64,000 bases of DNA from a virus (taxonomy: Duplodnaviria > Caudoviricetes). The notes under the pieces were generated by a model. That model was not told where the DNA came from. It saw only the letters and a list, made by a program, of their open reading frames with translations, and ran no database searches. The stretch lies in the IMG/VR virus record IMGVR_UViG_3300014205_000170, positions 64,001 through 128,000 of that record; one strand, written 5' to 3'. Below are positions 21,324-32,574 of the stretch, one piece after another. The position numbers and the translations under genes are program-made. The stretch's first letter is position 1, and every line of letters starts with the position of its first letter.

Positions 21324-21579
21324 TTATGATGAGAAAATATATAAATTACTTTCAACAGGAGATATACATAATAAAGTGCTGATTGAGAAAAAATTAGAAT
21401 TTCAAAAATACTGGATAAAAAGAGCTATCATTGAATATGATTCTCCAAAAAACCAAATATTAGGAGCAAGATGTATAAAAAATGCTTTTCCAAAATTAGG
21501 TTTGTTTTATATTAAACAATTTTTGGATAATCACACAAATATTAATTTATTGAAATTTATACAAGAAAATATTGAGTAA
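21316..21579 (+). CDS. Hypothetical protein with tag variant
   Basis: NKVLIEK. Confidence 0.6.
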   Translation: MNNYDEKIYKLLSTGDIHNKVLIEKKLEFQKYWIKRAIIEYDSPKNQILGARCIKNAFPKLGLFYIKQFLDNHTNINLLKFIQENIE

Positions 21580-21997
21580 AGTAAATTTCATACAAGAAAT
21601 TGTAGAACAACAAGAAAACATTCAAACACGTTCTATATTGTTGGAATTTAAAAAACAAAAGTTTCTTATTCAACCTCTTTCTGTTTGGCTTCAAAGCAAC
21701 TTTGATTATTTATCTGGGACTTTACGCAAAAAATATTTTACACATATAAATAAAAATGGCAAAAAGTCAACAAAAAAAGAAACCATAAAGCCACTCTTAG
21801 AAAGATATGGTTATACAGAATTAGAATTAGATTTTGTTGATTTACAAAGAATAAATCTTTCATCTTTAAGAGGTAATGGGAAAAAATTTGTCATTGATAT
21901 GATTGTCAAATATAAAATAGACCCTCCACAAAAGAAAATAGTTTATAGATTTCAAGGGAGTCAATCAACACGTTGGATTAGAATTTTTTATAAATGA
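21572..21997 (+). CDS. Hypothetical protein with tag variant
   Basis: TRSILLEF. Confidence 0.6.
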   Translation: MSKVNFIQEIVEQQENIQTRSILLEFKKQKFLIQPLSVWLQSNFDYLSGTLRKKYFTHINKNGKKSTKKETIKPLLERYGYTELELDFVDLQRINLSSLRGNGKKFVIDMIVKYKIDPPQKKIVYRFQGSQSTRWIRIFYK

Positions 21998-22437
21998 TAA
22001 AAAACGATATAAATAAAAATCTATTTAAAGGCGTATTAATTGAAAAAAAATCTATTCATAATTCCGTTAAACATTTCGTATTATCATTATTTAATGACTG
22101 TACTTTATATAAATTTAAGGAGAAATCTGAAATGGACCCATCTATTTTCCTTTTAAAGGATAAAAATATATTTGCTCAAATAGAAATTTATGATAATGCG
22201 ATGTATTTTAATTATTCTTTAATAAGAGAGCATTTTAATCGTTATGATACACAAAAATATAATATCAAAATTATAACAAATGAAGTTATTCGATATTATC
22301 TCCAGAAACCAAACTTAACTATTATTCCTATCTCAACAATAAAAGGTTGGAAAAGAAATCAAAAATACATATTTCCAGAAGACTGCCTAATACATAGAGA
22401 CCTTCTTAAAAAAAGAATTGGTATATTTGATTTGTAA
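21994..22437 (+). CDS. Hypothetical protein, N-terminal tag
   Basis: KGVLIEK. Confidence 0.65.
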   Translation: MIKNDINKNLFKGVLIEKKSIHNSVKHFVLSLFNDCTLYKFKEKSEMDPSIFLLKDKNIFAQIEIYDNAMYFNYSLIREHFNRYDTQKYNIKIITNEVIRYYLQKPNLTIIPISTIKGWKRNQKYIFPEDCLIHRDLLKKRIGIFDL

Positions 22438-22461
22438 CAAAAAAGCTATAAATTCGTTTAA
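22433..22461 (+). promoter_or_regulatory. ECF-sigma-like promoter
   Basis: TGTAAC-N16-CGTTTAA upstream of 22467. Confidence 0.75.
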
Positions 22462-23168
22462 ATATAGTGAGTCAAAAAGTCCAAAATATTAACACGAAAA
22501 CACCTCAGAATCAACCGGTTCAAAGAGGACCGCAATCAAAAATTCCATATGCTCTGAAGGTACTAGAAGATGCTTTAAGAAAAAATGAAGAAGAATTAAG
22601 GTTTTGGAAAAAGCATGTTCGCGTTTTTAGCTGGATGCGCTCTAGAAAAAAAGGTTTAGATAATCAAACAGTTAGTGTTGTTATTGCTTATAAGGATGGT
22701 TTTGGAAAGGAATTTTTATCTAAAGAATTTTTATTTCTAACTGCTCCAGATTTTTGTGAAAATTCTTTAGAATATTGTAAACACAATTTCATGGATTCTA
22801 TAACAAATATTCAGGCAGAAGGAAATGTTGGACCATGTGAAGATAGAATAAAACAAATTAAACAAGTTTTGGAAAAATTAAAAAATGTTGAAAGTTTATA
22901 AAGATTGTTGTAAAAATTGTTTGTTAAGCCCAGACAGTATTGTAAGTCCTAAAAGACGTAAAGAAATAATCAATACTTGTGCTAAGAAACAATCATACTT
23001 TATTTGCCACAAAGCAAGCATGGATAACAAAGAAGTTGTGTGTAAAACATTTTATGATACTTTAGGACACATTTCTCAAATGGTTCGCATTGCACAACGG
23101 TTAAATGCTATTGAAGAAGTTGAACAACCAGAAGCAGAGAAATTACCTACTTATAAAGAAATGCAAAA

Positions 23169-23639
23169 ATGAAAAAATTAAAGTCCGGTCACGAAATAGA
23201 AAAGAAGATTCTTTTAAAGAAGCTTCCCAAAATCACATTTGATGAAATTCAGAACATAACTCAATACTATACCCCTAAAGGTCGCTTTAGAAGCGTTCAT
23301 ACTGTAAAGGGTATCAAGTTCATCAAAACAATTAAAAAACACATTACAATTGGTGTAAACGATGAACAAGAATGGGAGTTGACACAAGCTGAGTTTAACA
23401 AAGCAATTAAAACTGCTACTAGGAAAATCATCAAAACCAGGTTTATCAAAAAAACCAAAACAGTAAAGTGGGAAATTGATGTATTTGCTTTCATAAAATT
23501 GATAATCGCAGAAGTGGAAGTGAAAAATCAAAAACAACTTTCAAGCATTAAGCTTCCAAAATTCATAAAAAATGAAATGATTTTGGATGTAACCGGTATT
23601 AAAGCTTTAAACAACTTTAGTTTAGCAGAAGAATTATAA
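23169..23639 (+). CDS. CYTH (triphosphate tunnel metalloenzyme) protein
   Basis: HEIEKK (ExExK), IIKTRF, WEIDVF, IAEVEV. Confidence 0.85.
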   Translation: MKKLKSGHEIEKKILLKKLPKITFDEIQNITQYYTPKGRFRSVHTVKGIKFIKTIKKHITIGVNDEQEWELTQAEFNKAIKTATRKIIKTRFIKKTKTVKWEIDVFAFIKLIIAEVEVKNQKQLSSIKLPKFIKNEMILDVTGIKALNNFSLAEEL

Positions 23640-24105
23640 TTTATTACAACATGGCTAAAAAAGAAACAAGTGTTTCACAGAAAACGGTTATGACAGAAAA
23701 AATTTCTGAAAGACCTTTATTGAAATTACATGTTCCCGGAGAAAGTTTTTGGGCATATAAAATTTCTGAAAATACTGCTGAAATTGGAAATATACTTATG
23801 AATCCAGATTATTGTTTGGGTGACATTGTATCATTTAATCCAAACAACAATGAAGTTATAAAATTAATAGAGAAAAAAACCACCACTTTAGCTATGAGCT
23901 ATTCTAAAGATGGTGATGTTAAAGAAAAATATAGTAAAATTTATACTTATTTTGAAGATAAAAACATTAAAGTAGAAGGTATGTTTGCTGGAGTTTTCTT
24001 ATTGGCTATTCCTATTAATATTCCAGAAAAAGCCATTGAACAAATTATAGCAGAGTGTCCTGAAAAAATAGATTTTATTGTTGATTAAAAAATTCGTTCT
24101 TTGAA

Positions 24106-24575
24106 TTGGTACTTAAAGTTAATTCAAAATTTTTATGTGGTTAAACCTACGGGGATTTGCCATGACGAGCCGGTTTAAAACCAATGAACCGTTTAACTTA
24201 TGAGCATCTTATATAGATAAGTGCTGCATAAAGAAATTGAATTAGCCTGAACCTTCATTTGCATTATTTATGAAGTAAAGAGCTGCCTTAAAAACAGGTC
24301 AAGAATAATGTAAGTTTTACTATTAACATCTTTATAGTATTACGGCTGCTGTACGTCTTCAGCAAAGCTTAGTAAGCAATTTTACAGGCATGACAGACAA
24401 AGAAAGATGTGAGTGATATTCAATAAATAATACTTATTGAAGAAACAAGAAGTTTCAGAAGGGATGATTGCTATGCCTTAATTCTTCTTAGGGATATTTC
24501 TGAAAATTATAAAATCCTCTTTAACTAAAAAAGAGTACCAAACCAGTGGAGGCTGGAACGAAGAGTTGGTACTTA
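24106..24575 (+). ncRNA. Candidate large structured ncRNA, family unassigned
   Basis: Only ~500 bp gap without an ORF; terminal helix TTGGTACT/AGTACCAA and at least 8 internal helices; strand inferred from context. Confidence 0.6.
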
Positions 24576-24928
24576 TTTTGAAAAAGAAGAATATACGATA
24601 ATAATGAAAAAAACATATACCACAAAACAAGCATTGACTCTTTTCAAAAAAAATCTCAAAAAAAAGAGGCCAGTTATAAATGCTTATTTGAAAAAATATT
24701 TACAAAAAATCATTAATAAAGAACTAGGGAAGGAATACAGAATTGAGGCTATGAAAATACTGTTAAAAGCAAAAAGAGAAGAAGTGGCTGAATTTCTCAT
24801 ATCTTATCATTCTGATGGAGTAAATGCTGGTATTTGCTGTCTTGCTTTGGATTTTATAAAAGACCGTCTTGTAAAAGACAAAGAGGTCGGAGAAAATTTT
24901 TGTAAAAAATTCGGTAATAAATTTTAAC

Positions 24929-25503
24929 ATGGCAAATCACGCAAGAATTTGTTCAAAGAAAAAGATTGACCCCAAAGAGGTTACAAAAATCATTAAAGGT
25001 CTTAATGAAGATATATTAGCTGGAGTTTTTACTATTGAATATCAACACAAACAAGAAAACGGATGGGGGAACATCAATGGTATGTACGTTATAAACAAAA
25101 CGAGAGGATTGCCTTAATGTTTTGGTTGACAGATGATGTTCGATATGGAACAGGTGATGAATATGGTTCTCAAAAGGAATATAAAGAATATAAAAAACCC
25201 AAGACTCTATCCAAACAAAGTTGCATTGAATTTCGACATGGTCATGCTTTTCAATTCATGTGGTGGGTAGAAGGGGTATTTAGAGAAAATCTGGGTAAAC
25301 ATTATAATGCTCAAATGTGGGATGATGGTACAGGTTGGTTAGAAAAAGCCAAACCTGAGCTTTATAAAACATTAGAAAGTTATGTTACCGGCATTGGTTG
25401 TAAAACTAAAGAACAAATTAAAGCTTGGAAAAAACTTCATTTTGATTGGCAGAAAGATGAAATTCCAAAAGAATTAATTAAAAAATTAAAATTAGATTTT
25501 TAA
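24929..25503 (+). pseudogene. Probable single gene split by a frameshift at a G5 run
   Basis: ORFs 24929..25117 and 25063..25503 fuse (ENGWG-EHQW) if one G is added at 25065-25069. Confidence 0.45.
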
Positions 25504-25505
25504 AT

Positions 25506-25682
25506 ATGAACGACAATAAAGCATTTGCAATAATAGTAACAACAGGAATAGTGTGTGGAGCAATATTCCTTTCTATTGTGTCAATAACATCTAAAGATGT
25601 TGATATAAGCAAAGAAAAAACAGAACAATTAAAATATCAATTCAAAATTGATTCCTTAGCAAAAGTTTCTTCTGCAAAATAA
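25506..25682 (+). CDS. Small single-TM protein (58 aa; not in the ORF track)
   Basis: MNDNKAFAIIVTTGIVCGAIFLSIVSI...; fills the gap. Confidence 0.6.
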   Translation: MNDNKAFAIIVTTGIVCGAIFLSIVSITSKDVDISKEKTEQLKYQFKIDSLAKVSSAK

Positions 25683-26032
25683 AGAACATATTCAACTTCG
25701 AAAGGTTTTATTGGAGTTTAATAAAAACCTTAATATACAAACATATCGAACTTGGTTAAAAAACTACACAGGCGAAAAACTCCATAGTTTTAGTTACATC
25801 TCTCCTCTTGGCTATTTAACTAAACTTCCAACTTTAAAATATAATGGTTTTAAAATTATTTATGATAGAGTCTGGGGTGAAGTTCTAAAATGGAAAAATC
25901 AAGATATTATTATATACACAATGTCTAAACATCATATTGATAAAAAATCAGAGGTTGTATATATCATTGAAAATGAATATAGTAACAATGGAAAGTTGAA
26001 TGGTAAACGTATTCAACTTTTTCACAAAAAAA

Positions 26033-26061
26033 AGTAACAAATTGACCTTCTTTTCGTTGAA
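26033..26061 (+). promoter_or_regulatory. ECF-sigma-like promoter
   Basis: AGTAAC-N16-CGTTGAA upstream of 26068. Confidence 0.65.
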
Positions 26062-26832
26062 ATCTAGATGCCTCCCATGGACACAATATTGGAACAAGCC
26101 ATAAAATCACATAAAACTTTATCCCTAGATACAGATAAACGCTATGTGTTTGAAGATTTTATACATTCATATAGTATGAAATGTGCATTTGATATTTTCA
26201 GTTGCAATGAAAAAAAATTAGCAAAACACTTACCAGATATTTTACATCATATAAGCGAAGCTGTTACATATACTAAACCTCGTATTGTTTTTCATGAAAG
26301 AACAATGACATTAGAAAAAATGATTGACAAAATAATACAGCGTATAGAAGAAAGATTTGAAGTAGAAGATTTATTAATAAACAAAGTTAAAGAAATTCAA
26401 AAAAATAATACAAATTCTATTATTAATTTTAATCAGCTTTTATTAAGACAACTAAGAAGTTTTGTTCATGGCTTTCATACGTGTGGTAGATTTTATAAAT
26501 TCAAAATAACTTCTCATCACAATAATGCTACCACTTTATATTATGTGTCTACTTTAGATTCTTTTAGTAATAAAAAATCTAAAAAAATTTTTGATGACCG
26601 TTTTAACATAACAATATCAAAAGAAGTTCGAAGTGCATATTGGGAATTAAATAAAAAAACTAAAGATTTTTTTTCTTTTAAAGAAGGTGATAAAACAATT
26701 TTACAAAAAAAAGAATTAGAACAATTTTTAAAATTATTATTTCAAGGTTTATTGCAACCAGCAATCGATTATAATGATAGTAATAGTAAATTTGGAAAAA
26801 GTAGAATAAACGCATTTTAAAAAATAAAAATC

Positions 26833-27204
26833 ATGAAAACAATTACATTAACACTCTTGACATTAGTTTTATTAACTTCATGTGGAGAACCCTCTAAAAT
26901 TTCAGAAATCCCAGTTATTGAACAGGTTGAATTGTTAGATTCTCCAAATACATACGCTAAAAGATATGCTGTGAAACTCAAAACATCAACAGCTGAAAAA
27001 CAAACTTTCATGTACACAAACTTTAAATATGAAGTTGGTGATACTTTAGTGAGTTTCAATACTTATGTTAGATACAAAACCAAACCGGCAGATAGCCTGA
27101 AAATTTATCAAGACAGATATAGAGAACTTAAACAAGAAAATGATGCTTTAAAAAATTACGTTAAATTTTTAGAGAAAAAAATAATTAAAAGTTATACTGA
27201 ATAA
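26833..27204 (+). CDS. Lipoprotein
   Basis: Signal peptide with lipobox LTS-C. Confidence 0.7.
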   Translation: MKTITLTLLTLVLLTSCGEPSKISEIPVIEQVELLDSPNTYAKRYAVKLKTSTAEKQTFMYTNFKYEVGDTLVSFNTYVRYKTKPADSLKIYQDRYRELKQENDALKNYVKFLEKKIIKSYTE

Positions 27205-27904
27205 TGATAACTTTCAAATCGAAACGAGAACTGTTCTCATTTGTTGTTGGAGATAAAGAAAGAGTGCCTGATTTTTATGTAAAACATAAATATAAAGGTT
27301 ATGGCATTTATGATTCTGAGTGCATAATAAAAATTTGGACAAAGCAAAAATACACAGTTGTTCTACTGATTGATATTGGTGTAGGCACTTCTGTTATAAA
27401 CAGTGCTGAGCAATTAATAAGTGATTTATGGAAAATGTGTTTAGGACATGTGGGTATAAAAAGAGAAGATTGTTTATTTTTAGAAACATCTCTTGAGCGA
27501 GGAGAATATGAAGCTGATGAAATTGAGCCTGTGTGGTCAAAATTCAGTGTCTTGCATGGTCCGGTAGAATATAAACGAAGTGAATTGTCAGAAACAACAA
27601 TATATGAATGTAAAAAAGTTAATTTTAAACCATTTGGAAAATTACCTTAAGTGATGAAGAAAAAAAATGAAACTTTTCAACAAGGCTTAAAGCGAATTTT
27701 ATCCAAAAAAGTTTACGAACTTGCCTTAAAAAACACTCATCACAAAAGACGTAAAAGAATACATAATTTTATAAGAAATCATGATATTCTTACTGGGGCT
27801 TTTTATTGGGGCAACACAAAACAAGGATTAGATTTTTGGCATACTGAGTGGTTGAAAATAGAATACAAACAACGTACTGGTAAAACATTATTTATTTTAA
27901 AAAC

Positions 27905-28585
27905 ATGGAAGAAAATTTATACAACAAAAACGGTCTAATGTTTTGGACCCAGGAAGAAATTAAATTAAGAAGAATGTTTGAAGACTATTTTTCTACCGAA
28001 ATACTTTCTTCTTTGCGTAAACAAAATGCGGCATTTCAACTCATTCAAGTAGAAGCTCCATTGTTAACGCCACAAGAATTAATAAACAAAAACTATACAC
28101 AGGACGATATATGGTCCTTTGGAGAACTTTGCTTAAGACCAGAGACTACTATGGGTTCCTTTATTTATGCAAAACATATTTTATCAGGTCATAATGAAAT
28201 AAAACAAAAACCTCCAATTGTTGTTTTTCAACATGGAAAGTCGTTTCGTCAAGAACAAGACCAACCTACAAAATTTATGCGTCTTAAAGAATTTTATCAA
28301 TTGGAATTTCAAATTATTTTTGGAGAAAATACTGCTAATGATTACTCTCTTAAATTGTATCCAGATGTTCTTAAAGCAATTTCTAATATGATTGGAGAAT
28401 GTAGAATGGAAGCCAGTGATAGGTTGCCGGATTATTCTGAAGAAACCATGGATGTTGTGTGGGTGAAATCAAATATGGAAGTTTGTTCTATGAGTAAACG
28501 TAAAGATTTACTAGGATATAAAGTAATTGAGATTGCAATAGGTACTGATAGATGTCTTTACTGTTTTAATAGTAAAAATTGCTAA
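27905..28585 (+). CDS. glyQS: Minimal glycyl-tRNA synthetase (alpha2 type, catalytic core only)
   Basis: LRPETTMG, GKSFRQE, MRLKEFYQLE, motif 3 IEIAIGTDR; only 226 aa. Confidence 0.82.
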   Translation: MEENLYNKNGLMFWTQEEIKLRRMFEDYFSTEILSSLRKQNAAFQLIQVEAPLLTPQELINKNYTQDDIWSFGELCLRPETTMGSFIYAKHILSGHNEIKQKPPIVVFQHGKSFRQEQDQPTKFMRLKEFYQLEFQIIFGENTANDYSLKLYPDVLKAISNMIGECRMEASDRLPDYSEETMDVVWVKSNMEVCSMSKRKDLLGYKVIEIAIGTDRCLYCFNSKNC

Positions 28586-28615
28586 AGGAGCAAAAGGGTA
28601 CTTAGAACTTTTCTT

Positions 28616-28631
28616 GTTTATTTATATTAAA
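28616..28631 (+). promoter_or_regulatory. Putative late-type promoter TATTTATA
   Basis: GTTTATTTATATTAAA; near-identical copy at 61316. Confidence 0.45.
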
Positions 28632-28639
28632 ATAGATAA

Positions 28640-29368
28640 ATGGCAAGAAAAGAAAAGAAGTATCATTTCATTTACAAAACAACAAATTTACTTAATGATA
28701 AGTATTATATTGAAATGCATTCAACTAATGATTTGAATGATAGATATTTAGGCTCTGGTAAATATTTAAAACGTTCCATAAAAAGATATGGAAAAAATAA
28801 TTTTAAATTTGAAAAACTTAAATTTTTTTCTAGCAGAAAAGAATTAATAGAAGGTGAAAAAGAATATGTGAATGATATAGTTTTACAAGACCAATTGTGT
28901 ATGAATTTACGTGAAGGCGGAGGAGGTACAGTTGTAGACTTCAAACATTCAGAAGAAACAAAAAGAAGAAGGTCCATCGAGAGTTCAAAAACATATGAGG
29001 AAAGAGTTGGAGATAAAAGAGCAAAGATTTGGAGTAATAGGATTTCTAAATCTCTAATTAAATATAATAAAGAAATTGGTATTTCTGATGAAACCAGGAA
29101 AAAACTTTCAAATTCTCATAAAGGACAAATTCCTTGGAATAAAAATCAAAAAACTGGTTTTATTCCTTGGAATAAAGGAGTGGTTGGTTCAATGATAGGA
29201 AAAGGAAGTGGTGTGCAAAAAGGAAATGTACCTTGGAATAAAGGGAAAATTAATGACAAGATTTTGATTTATAATAACTTTGAAAAAAAGACTAAACAAA
29301 TAAAACCGGATGAATTACAAAAATGGATAAATCTTGGTTGGATAAAAGGAAGAAAAATAAAATGGTGA
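28640..29368 (+). mobile_element. Free-standing GIY-YIG homing endonuclease with NUMOD3/PWNK repeats
   Basis: FIYKTTN...YYIEMH (YIG reads YIE), YLGSG, HSEETKRR, three PWNK repeats. Confidence 0.85.
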
Positions 29369-29710
29369 AAAAAACAACTACTGATATAACAAAAATTGTA
29401 AAAAACAAAAGTTTAATTTTACCTTCACAAGTAAAAATAGTTCTTGATTATTTAAAAGAGCATAAAATCAACGAATTAGATATGAAAAAGGTCGAAAATT
29501 TTTCTTCTGGATTCGCTGTTTGTTTGATTCATGAATATAATAAATCTGTAAAATTTCGAAGATTTGAAAAGTTGTTATTTTTCAATGTAAAAAATCCTAT
29601 TTGGGTATATAAAATACAAGAAGCTCAATTTAATTTTTTTGATAAAGAAACAGCAAAAAAATACATTAAGATTCACGATAAAATTTTGAATAACATAATT
29701 AATTCTTAAG

Positions 29711-29980
29711 GTGAAATCAGAAGCCATTAAATTAAGTGATGACCAAGTACGAGTTCAGATAGCAAAATGTCCAGCTTGTAAAAAAATAGTTTTAATGGCT
29801 ATTGCTCATCTTATGGAGAGAAAAGATGAAATGGATTTTGTAAAATTAATGAGAAAAGAATGTAAAATTAGTCGGATTAGTCTTGAGGAAGCTAGAAATT
29901 TAGAGAGATGTTTTCTTGATTGTGATAGACCTTTGGTGGTACCTCGACAATTATTAATAGAAAAAACAATAAACACATGA
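29711..29980 (+). CDS. Hypothetical protein, C-terminal tag
   Basis: CPAC; RQLLIEKTINT. Confidence 0.65.
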   Translation: MKSEAIKLSDDQVRVQIAKCPACKKIVLMAIAHLMERKDEMDFVKLMRKECKISRISLEEARNLERCFLDCDRPLVVPRQLLIEKTINT

Positions 29981-30735
29981 GAGCATTTTTAGAAACAGTT
30001 GAAGGTGATTATCTAGATGATTTTGTGTTTATTGCAAAATACGCTTTACAAAACTTAGGTGTTGAAATTATTGATTTTGACGGAAACAAACTTAAAGAGT
30101 TTAAAGATAAATATGTATTCAATCTCAAAAATGATATTATTATAGGTTCAGTAGAAGCCTCATGTGTTTTTTTTAAAGCTTGTAAAATAGAAGAACCAAA
30201 ATATTTAGGTTATCCCGAAGAATTAAAATCATTTTTAAATAGAGAAATTTTAGAAACTACATTTGGAGAAATTAATTATCCATACCCATACTTCATTAAG
30301 CCTCGTACACACGTAAAGTTATTTACCGGCTCTCTCATTAAAACCGAGAAGAGTTATAATTTTATGAGAGATTTCTACAAAGAGGTTCAGAGTGATACTG
30401 CTTTATTTTTAAGCTCTCCTATTGACTTTATTACGGAATATCGTTGTTTTGTACATAAAGGAGTTTTAAAGGGCATACAATGGTATTGTGGAGACTTTAC
30501 GGTGTTTCCTAACATTCAAAAGATAAACGATATGATTGAAGCCTATAAGTCTGCGCCTATTTCATATACCTTAGACGTAGGTGTTCATTTAAGTGAAAAC
30601 GGAGCAGCAGAAACTAGTTTGGTAGAAGTAAATGATATGTGGGCTATTGGCAGTTATGGATTTAACGGAGAAGATTATGTTCGCATGACCATTGACAGAT
30701 TCCAAGAAATATATAAAAAAACATTATTTAAATAA
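29977..30735 (+). CDS. ATP-grasp protein (R2K/DUF4343 type)
   Basis: YPEEL, FIKP, EYRCFV, YTLDVG, LVEVND. Confidence 0.85.
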   Translation: MRAFLETVEGDYLDDFVFIAKYALQNLGVEIIDFDGNKLKEFKDKYVFNLKNDIIIGSVEASCVFFKACKIEEPKYLGYPEELKSFLNREILETTFGEINYPYPYFIKPRTHVKLFTGSLIKTEKSYNFMRDFYKEVQSDTALFLSSPIDFITEYRCFVHKGVLKGIQWYCGDFTVFPNIQKINDMIEAYKSAPISYTLDVGVHLSENGAAETSLVEVNDMWAIGSYGFNGEDYVRMTIDRFQEIYKKTLFK

Positions 30736-31238
30736 TGGAAAATTTGAATATTATACAAGCAAAGTTTTATTTAGATAATAAAAATGGTGAACTTAATGCT
30801 CATGTAGATATTTGGTTTGACAAAGCTCGTTTCAATAAAAGAATTGTTCGTCTTGAAAAAACTCAAAAAATTCATCCGATTGCTTTTGAAGTTATTAAAG
30901 ATGATATTATGACATTTATGCAGTATTTTATATATACTGAAAAAGATTTAGATAGAAGTCGACAAAAAAAAGAAGGAAATTTCAGTGATTATTTTACAAC
31001 TGGGCCAATTGCATTTTTTGGTGGTCTTTTAAATCAACAAAGAGATGTTTATTTGCCTCCAAATTTACTTTATTTTAAACAAAAATATATTTCTAATAGT
31101 TACCCTCCAAACGAGGTTCAAAATTTTATAGCATTAAAATTACCAGACTACATAGAATATGATTTAGAAAACTATCAAGCACAAAAGGCTAGAGAAGAGA
31201 AAAATCATAAAACATGGTTTGATATTCCAGGCTGCTAA
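30735..31238 (+). CDS. Hypothetical protein with tag variant
   Basis: KRIVRLEK. Confidence 0.6.
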   Translation: MENLNIIQAKFYLDNKNGELNAHVDIWFDKARFNKRIVRLEKTQKIHPIAFEVIKDDIMTFMQYFIYTEKDLDRSRQKKEGNFSDYFTTGPIAFFGGLLNQQRDVYLPPNLLYFKQKYISNSYPPNEVQNFIALKLPDYIEYDLENYQAQKAREEKNHKTWFDIPGC

Positions 31239-31270
31239 GTCAGGAATTTTTTATATCTTTACATGGTTAA

Positions 31271-31954
31271 GTGGCTAAAGATATCGAAATAACTTTTGGA
31301 AAGTTCGTAATTATCGAAAAAATCTCTAATGATTTTATAGACTTTATTTCTCCTGTGTGCAAAGTAGTACCCAATAGTGCTTTACACATGTGTATATGTG
31401 GTACATATACAGCAACAATAATCCGTTATGCACCATTAACTCCAGAATCAAACATTTTTATAATTAGAGCATTAAGAATAAGTAAGGTAAGAAAAGAATA
31501 TCTTTATATTAATGATACCTTACCATCAACTGATAACAATTTTCTTAGAGAAACACTATATGCAGTTGCCAATGCTAAGCATACTGTAAAGATAATGCTA
31601 CAAGGAAAGATGAAAATTCAACTACTTGATAGTACCGTATATGCTTGTCACAAAGAATCTCTTGGAGAGCTCATAATAAAATTTTCTAAAGATTTTAATA
31701 ATGTTCAGAAAATTAAATATCAATTTCAATTGTCAGATTGTGAAGAAATTGTTGCACCTTATCACAAAATACTTTTAGATGAATGTGTACTTTTATATGG
31801 ACAATACAATACAGAACATCAACTCATTAGACATACTACTCACATAAGTGACCATCATTTAAAAGCCCTTAAACGTGATATAAACAATTATTTAAAAACT
31901 TTAAAAAGAAAAGGTAGGAGATTACTATCAAAATCTATACATTTGAATGTATAA
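31271..31954 (+). CDS. Hypothetical protein, N-terminal tag
   Basis: KFVIIEK; preceded by TATCTTTA, a -7 variant. Confidence 0.65.
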   Translation: MAKDIEITFGKFVIIEKISNDFIDFISPVCKVVPNSALHMCICGTYTATIIRYAPLTPESNIFIIRALRISKVRKEYLYINDTLPSTDNNFLRETLYAVANAKHTVKIMLQGKMKIQLLDSTVYACHKESLGELIIKFSKDFNNVQKIKYQFQLSDCEEIVAPYHKILLDECVLLYGQYNTEHQLIRHTTHISDHHLKALKRDINNYLKTLKRKGRRLLSKSIHLNV

Positions 31955-32229
31955 AATATTATGAAAAGAATAGAAGTTATCACAGAAGCAAATGGTTTAC
32001 AAGCCAAAGAAGTTAATCCATATGGTTGTTATGGAGGAAATAGACCTCATCCTATGGATTTTGAAGATAAAGATGAGTTTGCACAAAGACATCAACAATT
32101 TGAGGATTACGAATCAAAGTTAAGAATGTTTGAAATTGAATTGGGTGTTCTTAAAGGATTTACACCACACAGAAAACATGATGCGGAAATTTTAGAGAAT
32201 GGAAAAATTAAAATATTAGTTAATTAATT

Positions 32230-32574
32230 ATGAGTACAAATGAAAAAAAGAATTATCCTGAAATTGGGACAAATTATAGACACTATAAAGGTGGTAAATA
32301 CAATGTATTGACATTAGCTAAACACAGCGAAGCTTCAAATGTTAAAGCAATATTTGAAAAACTAAATTCAACAAAATTAAGTCCAGAAATAAAATTCTTA
32401 ATAAAAGAGCTTGAAAAATCTTTTGAAGAAAATTTAGTAATTTATAAATCAATTCACTTTGGAAGTGTTCATGCAAGACCATTACAAATGTGGTTTGATA
32501 AAGTAAAAGATAAAGAAACCATGTTAGGAGATGATACATTTAGATTTAAAGAAATCAAAGACAACAAAGATTAA
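32230..32574 (+). CDS. DUF1653 protein
   Basis: YRHYKGGKY, LAKHSE, LVIY, ARPLQMW. Confidence 0.8.
   Translation: MSTNEKKNYPEIGTNYRHYKGGKYNVLTLAKHSEASNVKAIFEKLNSTKLSPEIKFLIKELEKSFEENLVIYKSIHFGSVHARPLQMWFDKVKDKETMLGDDTFRFKEIKDNKD

Noticed and set aside
24089-24603. tmRNA, RNase P, tRNA, group I intron or CRISPR in the long gap
   Set aside because: No tRNA-like ends, no GAGGAAAGTCC, no clear P7 motifs or split exons, and no repeat-spacer periodicity.
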